A stretch of DNA of 8,618 bases from Octopus sinensis (GCF_006345805.1 NW_021828300.1:1-8618); one strand, 5' to 3'. Positions 1-7,073 are shown, counted from the stretch's first letter. Translations and numbers: made by a program. The notes: generated by a model not told the origin, from the letters alone.

Positions 1-18
1 ATAGACAGACAGACAGAC

Positions 19-56
<38 letters not shown>

Positions 57-90
57 GGAGGGATAGATAGATATATATATACGTCCATAG

Positions 91-124
<34 letters not shown>

Positions 125-139
125 AAAGAGAGAGAGATA
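1..139. repeat. Compound (AGAC)n/(AGAT)n/(AG)n microsatellite
   Basis: Read directly: agacagacagac, gatagatagata and long agagagag runs. Confidence 0.97.
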
Positions 140-147
140 TTACTATA

Positions 148-400
148 AACACACATACACACACACACGTACTATAATTTCCAACTTGGACTTCTTTCTT
201 GTGGACACATATGATCGTAACCTTTTTATATCTACAAATGCATACATATACGAGTTGTGTGTGTATGTATGTATGTCTACATACATATATATATATATAT
301 ATATGCATGTGTAAATAAGTACATATATGTATATAATATATATAATATATATATGTATATATATATGTGTGTGTCTGTATACACACACACATACACACAC
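148..400. repeat. Interrupted (AC)n/(GT)n/(AT)n microsatellite cluster
   Basis: acacacacac at ~148-168 and ~380-400; gtgtgt, atgtatgt and atatatat runs at ~257-375. Confidence 0.93.
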
Positions 401-576
401 GTATTCCTACGTATGAAGTTAAGCTATTGATAGATATAATACTTATAGTCTATAAACATTGAAATATAAGAATACGTACGCCTTTTATGTTATTCATGGC
501 TATATATATCCGCTCTCGGCACTGTCTAAATATATTCGTCTTTACTGGAATGTCTGTGTGTCACCGTATTTTTCTG

Positions 577-740
577 GGCGGATTGCCGGAATCGTTCGGG
601 TTTGGGAGAAAATAACAGTAATTTTTCCAGTTCTTACACGTTCTCAGTTCAAATTCCACCGGAGTTATCCTTGCCTATTATCAACCCCGGGTCGAATAAG
701 GAAGCCCATATCAAGTTCTCAGTGGTTGTTATTAATTACA
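577..740 (+). mobile_element. Highly decayed tRNA-derived SINE, same family as 2722-2934 and 3449-4051
   Basis: Colinear similarity to the younger copies in this window: head ggcggattgccggaatcgtt (cf. ggc..gagctggcagaatcgtt), B-box GTTCAAATTCC at 647-657, then ttgcctattatcaaccccgggtcgaataa (cf. ttgcctttcatcctttcggggtcgataaa). The 3' boundary is uncertain. Confidence 0.7.
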
Positions 741-749
741 TTCATTTAA

Positions 750-916
750 AATTATAAACTGACGTTCTTACCAGTAATATTCGCTTCACTTGACTTTGTG
801 GCAATCTGGATAAGCTGGGCTTTTCAGAAAAAATAACCGATCAACTGACTCGCAGATTACTATCACAATCTCTTAGTGGAACAGCAAGAATATGCAAGAC
901 TTTTCTCAGGATTAAG
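750..916 (+). mobile_element. Dead 3' fragment of an RLE-type (R4/Dong-like) non-LTR retrotransposon ORF
   Basis: Manual translation: frame +3, 753-800 = YKLTFLPVIFASLDFV; after a frameshift/deletion, frame +2, 803-910 = NLDKLGFSEKITDQLTRRLLSQSLSGTARICKTFLR. This matches the recalled C-terminal pattern of R4/Dong-type proteins (xxPV(I/V)IGALG..L..LG...LQ...L.GT..I.(R/K)..L). No database search run. Confidence 0.6.
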
Positions 917-1022
917 ATATCATATTGTTATTGTTATCTACATTCCAATGATGGAACTATGTGTCTGTTAGAAATCAACTCCTTCCTTGCAGGAAGAATT
1001 TAAACAGAAGAGAGCATATGCG

Positions 1023-1064
1023 CATACATACATACATACATACATACATACATACATACATACA

Positions 1065-1096
<32 letters not shown>

Positions 1097-1130
1097 CATA
1101 CATACAGTCAGACATGTATGCATGTATACT

Positions 1131-1170
<40 letters not shown>

Positions 1171-1214
1171 CATGCATACATACATACATATATTCATACG
1201 CACATACATACATA
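1023..1214. repeat. (CATA)n array followed by (AT)n and degenerate CATA
   Basis: Near-perfect catacatacata at 1023-1106; atatatat at ~1134-1164. Confidence 0.97.
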
Positions 1215-1440
1215 TTTACTGCTTTTTACACAGAGCCTTAAGTGAAGTTTTTCAGTGAGACTATTTGTATAGACATTATGAATGTTATACACGTAGTTGT
1301 GTTAATATAATTGCAATTCAATTACCTATATACATGTAATTCTAGGTGTTAGGTTTTCACAGAATTCAACGAATGCCTTGTTTTTGCTGATTTCTTTAGG
1401 GAAACCAATATTTAGACTAAGTTCAAATATTCTGGGCGTG

Positions 1441-1493
1441 TTTTTGCTGAGGAGATAAAATTAGGTCGAAACGCCGGTGTCAGGCGATCGACC
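1441..1493 (+). ncRNA. Minimal type-I hammerhead-ribozyme-like motif, probably a Penelope-like element terminal-repeat remnant; stem I imperfect
   Basis: CTGAGGA 1447-1453 (CUGANGA core); stem II G1454-C1467, A1455-T1466, T1456.G1465; GAAA 1468-1471; quasi-palindromic stem III ACGCC/GGTGT 1471-1480; GTC triplet 1479-1481. Stem I pairs poorly (ttttg vs aggcg). Confidence 0.45.
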
Positions 1494-1596
1494 GACGACA
1501 TTCTGAACATGTTGTGGGTTTTTAACGCACAAGGCCGTTACAACACCGTTTTATGTTAACATATACTTTACAAACGCTACCCCTTTGTACTTATAC

Positions 1597-1790
1597 AAAC
1601 ACACACACGAACACATAAATATACACTTTCCACACATACACACACTTCTTTTCTTTCTTCACTTGTGAAATATTCTACTCCGAAATATTCGTCTCTCTGC
1701 TAACACAGCATACAGACACACCAACATACACCGATATAGATATACACTCAACACACTTACACACACACACACACACGTACACGCACACGT
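1597..1790. repeat. Degenerate CA-rich low-complexity tract ending in (AC)n
   Basis: Scattered acacac runs and a near-perfect (AC)n at ~1759-1776. Confidence 0.8.
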
Positions 1791-2122
1791 CTTCTGATCT
1801 GTCAGAATATTTACGCAAACAGCATATCACTTGGCATTAATGATTGATGGTGATTTTCTGCCGGGAGACTGCTAGGTTAGCTGTGGACAGAATATTGTAT
1901 TACATGATACGAAGAGAGAATTAGAAGTGTTTGGCTTGTGTTATCTGGATGTGAATGGGGTGGAGACCAGGATGAAAGGCGAGCGCAGCTGTAGGGACGG
2001 TGGGGCCCGGCGATAGCCTGCTCAGGTGCGATACTATATTCATAAAACTGCATGGCCAGTTCTGTGGTTAAGAGGTTATATCCACATATGTAAACATATC
2101 GATATGTATTTGTGTATGTAAG

Positions 2123-2138
2123 ACACACACACACAAAC

Positions 2139-2169
<31 letters not shown>

Positions 2170-2214
2170 GACACACACACGCACACACACATATGTATAT
2201 ATATGTTTGCAGGC

Positions 2215-2284
<70 letters not shown>
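2123..2284. repeat. Compound (AC)n then (AT)n microsatellite
   Basis: Read directly; source of the three overlapping junk ORFs. Confidence 0.97.
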
Positions 2285-2287
<3 letters not shown>

Positions 2288-2721
2288 CTTTATTCCAGAA
2301 AATATGGAAGAAATACGAATGTGTGGAATGGTTAATGATAGAATTGTAGTAATTCTCCATTTCTGAATTTCTTCGTTCATTTTTTTTTGTTTCATTTCGT
2401 TATATGGACACTTAGTGGAATGTAAGCATTGTGTGTTCGAGTATAAAGTGTTGTTCACAGAGCGCGACTAGTAACAAGAGACACATTTATATAGTGGGGT
2501 CATCAATAATCAAAATACTCGACCCACCAGGTCATTTGGTTTAAGAAGTGATGCTGGTAACACATGGAGGAGGCAAAAGCAAGTAGTCTAGGTGGGGGGG
2601 GGGGAGTCGGATATATGCCCTAGTGCACCAGACATGGCGTAGTGATGTTTGGAATTGGGAATGAAAGAAGCCCACCCATTACTTGCAGTGGTAGATCGAA
2701 TTGTAATATTTCGTGGGGTAG

Positions 2722-2934
2722 AGGCGCTGAGCTGGCAGAATCGTCAGCAGGCCGCGTAAAATGCTTGGCGGAGTTTCGAGCGTCTTGGCATTCTGAGTTC
2801 AAGTTCCGCTGGGTTTAACTTTGCCTTTTATCCTCTCGAGTTCGATAAAATGAATACCAGTTGAGTACTGGGGTCGATGTAATAGACTTTTGCCCTCCCT
2901 CGAAATTACTGGACTTGTGGCAAAATTTGAAACC
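2722..2934 (+). mobile_element. tRNA-derived SINE, full length, with degenerate 16-bp TSD
   Basis: A-box-like TGGCAGAATCG 2733-2743; B-box-like GTTCAAGTTCC 2797-2807; body ttgccttttatcctctcgagttcgataaaatgaataccagttgagtactggggtcgatg; flanks AATATTTCGTGGGGTA (2705-2720) and AATATTTAGCGGCGTA (2935-2950) match at 13/16. Confidence 0.9.
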
Positions 2935-3119
2935 AATATTTAGCGGCGTAAAAGTAAAGATTTTAGAGGACGCCACTCCGAGTTGAAAACCTTGCTCCTC
3001 GGGCCAGTATAATTTTCGAATGGCAACCATTTGCTATGTCGAATGGGTTTTGGTATCGGAAAAATGTAAGGCTATATAGCTGCTATTTCTTGCAGGCTGA
3101 ACTACTGTGGTACAGATAC

Positions 3120-3420
3120 TGTGGTGTTTGAGGTAGTGGTAGTACGGGTCAATGGCCGCGCTGTAGTGGTGGTGTTGGTAGTGGTCGTTGTGGTGGTGGG
3201 ATTTAAATGTAGTGGTGGTGATAATGTTGCTAAGTAGAGCATACTGTAATGAGAGTCCCGGTGGTATAGAGGCGGTGATGGCGTTGGCTGTTTAGTAGTG
3301 GTGGTGGTGATCGTGGTCGTGGTAGTAGTAGTTGTAGTTGTCGTAACGGTAGTGTTGTTTGCTATAGCGGTGATGTTGACGGGGTTGTTGTGAGCGGTGG
3401 GGTTCCTGCTAGTTTTGATA
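3120..3420. repeat. Degenerate (GTG/GTA/GTT)n triplet low-complexity tract
   Basis: gtagtggtggtg and gtagtagtagttgtagttg runs; gives the poly-Thr ORF on the - strand. Confidence 0.85.
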
Positions 3421-3448
3421 GCTTCGTTGGCCGGGGTCAGGATGTTAA

Positions 3449-3630
3449 TCTTTTCTACACTAGGCACAAGAGGTGGGGGCAGTCGATTAGATCGACCCAG
3501 TACGCAACTGGTATTTAATTTATCGACCCCGAAAGAATGAAAGACAAAGTCGACCTCGGTGGAATTCGAAATCAGAACATAAAGACAGACGAAATACCGC
3601 TAAGCATTTCGCCCGGTTTGTTAACATTTC
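3449..3630 (-). mobile_element. SINE copy C (3'-most of the trimer): slightly 5'-truncated, with a different tail
   Basis: Shares atcgaccc(c)agtacgcaactggta(c/t)ttaatttatcgaccccgaaag with the other copies; + strand tail reads tcttttctacactaggcacaagaggtgggggc; ends in ttaacatttc, lacking the first ~15 nt of the head. Confidence 0.9.
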
Positions 3631-3816
3631 TTATTTCTTTATTCCCTACAAGGGGCTAAACGAAGAGGGGGAAAAAGAAGGACAGACAAAGGGATTAAGT
3701 CGATTAGATCGACCCCAGTGCGTAACTGGTACTTAATTTATCAACCCCGAAAGGATGAAAGGCAATGTCGACCCCGGTAGAATTTGAACCCAGAACGTAA
3801 AGACAGACGAAATACC
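3631..3816 (-). mobile_element. SINE copy B (middle of the trimer), lacking the A-box region
   Basis: Near-identical to copy A from ttctttattccctacaaggggctaaa to gacgaaatacc; stops ~50 nt short of the head. Confidence 0.92.
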
Positions 3817-4051
3817 AATTTCTTTACTACCTACAAGGGGCTAAACACAGAGGGGACAAACAAGGATAGACAAAGGGATTAAGCCAATTAGATCGACCCC
3901 AGTACGTAACTGGTACTTAATTTATCGACCCCGAAAGGATGAAAGGCAATGTCGACCTCAGCAGAATTTGAACTCAGAACGTAACCGCAGACGAAATACC
4001 GCTAAGCATTTTGCCAGGCGCGCTAACGATTCTGCCAGCTCTCGCTGCCTT
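3817..4051 (-). mobile_element. SINE copy A (5'-most of the trimer), full length with Pol III A and B boxes
   Basis: On the - strand: starts AAGGCAGCGAGAGCTGGCAGAATCGTTAGC; A-box-like TGGCAGAATCG (+4027-4037); B-box-like GTTCAAATTC (+3964-3973). The TSD copy abuts the head at 4052. Confidence 0.93.
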
Positions 4052-4069
4052 CGTGGTCAGGATATTAAG

Positions 4070-4690
4070 AGTGACAAGGATGGTGTCGTGTGGTAATAGT
4101 ATTGTCAGTGGTGGTGGTTGTGGTGCCAGTGACGCTGGTAGTGGTGATGTTTCTGATGACATTTATTGTAGCAGCAGCAGCAGTAGTGGTAGTTGGTAGT
4201 AGAATGTGTTCTGTGAGTGCTAATAGCTGATGGCCGATGGAGGTGGAGGGTGACGATTGCGGTGGTGGCGGTGATGAGGGATAGCCATGAATATAGCTTT
4301 CAAGATGATGTGAACGATAATGGTTGTGATGATGATGATGAGGAGGAGGAGTAATGTGTGGGAGAGGGGGTAGAGATGGCGGTGATGTTGGTGTTGGTGA
4401 TAGCAATGAAGATGTTTTCAACATGATGTGAATGATAATATTGAAGATGATGATGATGATGATGATCATGTGAACGATAATGGCGATGATGATCATGATG
4501 AGGAAAAGGAAAAAGAGGAGGAGGATGGGGGCGCTGGTGGTGAGGTGGTGGTAGTGAAGATTATTTTCAGGATAATGTGAAGGATAATGGTGATGACGAT
4601 GATGATAATGGTGATAATGGTGATGATGGGGGTGGGGTAGCGATGGCTGTTGTAGTGGTGATGCTGATGGTGGTGGTGGTGGTGGGGTGT
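4070..4690. repeat. GGT/GAT/GAG low-complexity tract containing a cryptic ~120-150-bp repeated unit
   Basis: 24-nt motif TTTCA(A/G)(G/C)AT(G/A)ATGTGAANGATAAT at 4298, 4416 and 4565, each followed by (GAT)n. Confidence 0.8.
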
Positions 4691-4696
4691 TTGTAG

Positions 4697-4834
4697 GGCT
4701 GCGCTGAAATCGATACAAATCGATGGCAGCGCCATAAAGACAATCTATAAATGTCTTGGGAGATTACAAGACTGGGAAATCGTTAGATCCTTTGTTGCAA
4801 TCACAGACAGAAGGAATGGTTTTAGGAATTTGAG
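4697..4834 (+). CDS. Candidate internal coding exon (138 nt, phase 2-2) of an unidentified gene
   Basis: Acceptor gtgtttgtag|G, strong donor TTGAG|GTAAGA, and a stop-free frame: AALKSIQIDGSAIKTIYKCLGRLQDWEIVRSFVAITDRRNGFRNL. It is a complex-sequence island whose edges roughly coincide with the flanking low-complexity DNA. Weak polypyrimidine tract; peptide not recognised. Confidence 0.5.
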
Positions 4835-4875
4835 GTAAGACAAGAGGATAATGACTAAAAGGCACCGATGGTGGC

Positions 4876-4961
4876 GGGGGATGGAGGGGGCGTAGAAGAT
4901 GGCGGGGATGAAGGGATGGCGTAGGGAGTGGGGCGAGCGTGGGGGGAGGGGAAATGGAGGG
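4876..4961 (+). other. G-run cluster with a canonical G-quadruplex motif at 4924-4961
   Basis: GGG-agt-GGGG-cgagcgt-GGGGGG-a-GGGG-aaatgga-GGG; further G-runs at 4876-4880, 4886-4890, 4904-4907 and 4913-4915. Confidence 0.7.
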
Positions 4962-4997
4962 CTTGGCGGCGTGCTCAAACATCGGGGCTCAGAAAAA

Positions 4998-5214
4998 GCG
5001 TGATGATAAATGTTGATGATGATGATGATGACAATGATGATGATGACGATGTTGATGATGATAATGGGATATGGGTGATGGTGGAAGAGATGACGATGAA
5101 GATAATTCTGAAAATGATGAGAGCCATGACGACGATGACGTGGCGAGGGTAGCGGTAGTGTTGGTTGGTGGTGGTCATGATAAAGACGATATCGTCTAGC
5201 GTAACGACGACCAC

Positions 5215-5257
<43 letters not shown>

Positions 5258-5700
5258 GCAATGATGTTGATGATGATGATGATGATGATGGCAATGATGT
5301 TGATGATGATGAGGAAGGTGGTGGTGGTGTTGATGATGATGGCGATGATGTTGATGATGATGATGATGATGATGATGATCATGATCATGATGATCATGGC
5401 AATGATGATGATGGCAATGATGTTGATGATGATGATGATGATGATGGCAATGATGTTGATGATGATGAGGACGGTGGTGGTGGTGTTGATGATGATGGTG
5501 ATGATGTTGATGGATGATGATGATGATCATGATGATGATGATGATCATGATGATCATGGCAATGATGATGATGGCAATGATGTTGATGATGATGATGATG
5601 ATCATGATCATGATGGCGATGATGTTGATGATGATGATGGTGATGATGGTTAAGATAAAGGTGATGACAGTAGCAATGAAAGTGATGATTGATGATTGAT
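4998..5700. repeat. Long (GAT)n array with ~156-160-bp higher-order duplication
   Basis: GAGGA(A/C)GGTGGTGGTGGTGTTGATGATGATGG at 5311 and 5467; CATGGCAATGATGATGATGGCAATGATGTTG at 5395 and 5555. Confidence 0.92.
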
Positions 5701-5745
5701 AGTAATGTTAATTATAATTATTATAAGAACAGCAATAACATCAAC

Positions 5746-5747
<2 letters not shown>

Positions 5748-5782
<35 letters not shown>

Positions 5783-5823
5783 TAATAATAATAATAATGA
5801 TGATGATGATGATGATGGTGATG
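5748..5823. repeat. (AAT)n grading into (GAT)n
   Basis: Read directly. Confidence 0.95.
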
Positions 5824-5964
5824 CTGTTCTAATCATCATCATTATTATATGAATGATTTGTAACCATTACAACGATAACAACAACACGAATTATTGTTAT
5901 TAGCAATGAAGAAGAGGAGACAGGAATTTGTAATGTTGTTGTCGTTGTTGTTTCTTGGTTCTTG

Positions 5965-5983
5965 TTGATGATGATGGTGATGG

Positions 5984-6029
<46 letters not shown>

Positions 6030-6275
6030 GGTGACGATGGCGGTGACGATGGAGGTGGTAATGATGAAGTTTATGTTGATGGTGATGATTATGATGATGA
6101 TGGAGGTGGTGGTGGTGGTGATGGTCGTGAGGGTGATGATGATGATGATGATGATGTCGATGATGATGGTGATGATGATGATGGTGATGATGGTCATGAT
6201 GATGATGAGCATGATGGTGATGAGGGTGATGATGATGATAGTGATGATGGTGATGATGGTGGTGATGGTGATGGC
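5965..6275. repeat. (GAT)n/(GGT)n compound triplet array
   Basis: Read directly; source of the poly-His, poly-Asp/Gly and poly-Met ORFs. Confidence 0.95.
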
Positions 6276-6541
6276 TGCAGCCGAATAGCATCTGTGTTGA
6301 TATTGGTGGTGGGTGGAGTAGTTGCGGCAGAGGTAGTTGTCAGTTGTGGGTGACCACTGCCAGCACCACTGGTCTTTGCGATTATAAGTGTTGCGGCGAT
6401 AGTAAACTCTTAGCGATGTCGGTGAAGATGGCGGCGACGATGACGGAGATTTTTTTTGTTTCTTGTGTTTGTGTTTGGTTTTTGGCTCTTATCTTTCAAA
6501 TGTGCCTTTTGAATTGGTTAGAAACATTAAGACACACTTTT

Positions 6542-6555
6542 GTTTCTATGGCAAC
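6542..6555. promoter_or_regulatory. RFX X-box motif match
   Basis: GTTTCTATGGCAAC fits the X-box consensus GTHNYY-AT-RRNAAC at every position; function not shown. Confidence 0.3.
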
Positions 6556-7073
6556 CAGTAATATAACCCCTCCGTCTCCAACATCCTTATCACCATGCCC
6601 ACCCCCACCCCCAAAACATCGCCATTACATCGCGAATATTGCAGCAATCTTCATGGTCTAATTATATTTTCAGTAGTAAACCTGCGTGTATAATATGCTT
6701 GCGGATTTATATGTGTGTATATATGTGTGCGTGTGTTTGTGTGTGCAGGTGTGTATAGTTTTGAATGTGAACTATCCATGTTGATATGTTGTCATGTAGT
6801 TGCATTCATAATAGTGTTGCACACGTATACACACGTGTGTATAAATCTGTTCATATTTGTGTAGACAAACATAGGTTTGTATTGCCAAGTCTACCAACAT
6901 CCTTTAAACGTTTTACGTAAAGTTTATACCACAGAGGTCACTCGTCCTTCAAGATCTCACTTGACCTTAGAAATTCAGCACAAAATGAAGGTCACACTCC
7001 AGTGACCATTCACCTCTCAGTCACTGCTCACAAAACTCCATGAATCGGTAAAATGTGTGTATTTTTCTTTTAA

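Larger units (their letters stand above)
3432..4068. repeat. 17-bp target-site duplication enclosing the whole SINE trimer
   Basis: CGGGGTCAGGATGTTAA (3432-3448) vs CGTGGTCAGGATATTAA (4052-4068), 15/17 identical, exactly at the two outer ends. Confidence 0.85.

Noticed and set aside
459-749. 96-aa + strand ORF
   Set aside because: More than half lies in the decayed SINE; no recognisable domain.
1879-2026. Possible + strand exon VSCGQNIVLHDTKRELEVFGLCYLDVNGVETRMKGERSCRDGGARR
   Set aside because: No polypyrimidine tract, an in-frame TAG precedes the only plausible donor, and the peptide is not recognised.
143-2458. ORFs rich in YI/CV/HT dipeptides (143-400, 961-1245, 968-1213, 975-1181, 987-1241, 1877-2458, 2076-2360, 2112-2366)
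   Set aside because: Translations of (AT)n, (AC)n and (CATA)n microsatellites.
3095-3131. Possible 37-nt micro-exon (ctatttcttgcag|G CTG AAC TAC TGT GGT ACA GAT ACT GTG GTG TTT GAG|gtagtg)
   Set aside because: Good acceptor, but the donor is weak and lies within GTA/GTG repeats, and its phase-0 end does not fit the phase-2 start of the 4697 exon. Too short to support.
3449-4051. CRISPR-like or tRNA-gene interpretation of the ~185-235-bp repeats
   Set aside because: Units are far too long for CRISPR repeats, have no unique spacers or cas genes, carry SINE tails and a TSD, and no full cloverleaf is evident.
4153-4165. Second CTGATGA hammerhead-like heptamer
   Set aside because: No stem II or GAAA follows.
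2620-4199. ORFs 2620-2802, 2815-3030, 3102-3467, 3974-4162 and 4011-4199
   Set aside because: They run through SINE sequence or triplet repeats.
4701-4732. SECIS-like reading of the hairpin
   Set aside because: The 3' side has GG rather than the GA needed for the UGA/GA quartet, the upper stem is too short, and it is not in a 3' UTR context.
4745-6353. Long poly-His, poly-Met, poly-Ile and poly-Asp/Gly ORFs, superficially like histidine-rich cephalopod structural proteins
   Set aside because: They are six-frame translations of (GAT/ATC)n, which lacks stops in most frames; they overlap on both strands, a single-base insertion near 5512 shifts phase, and no Gly-His-aromatic repeat motif is present.
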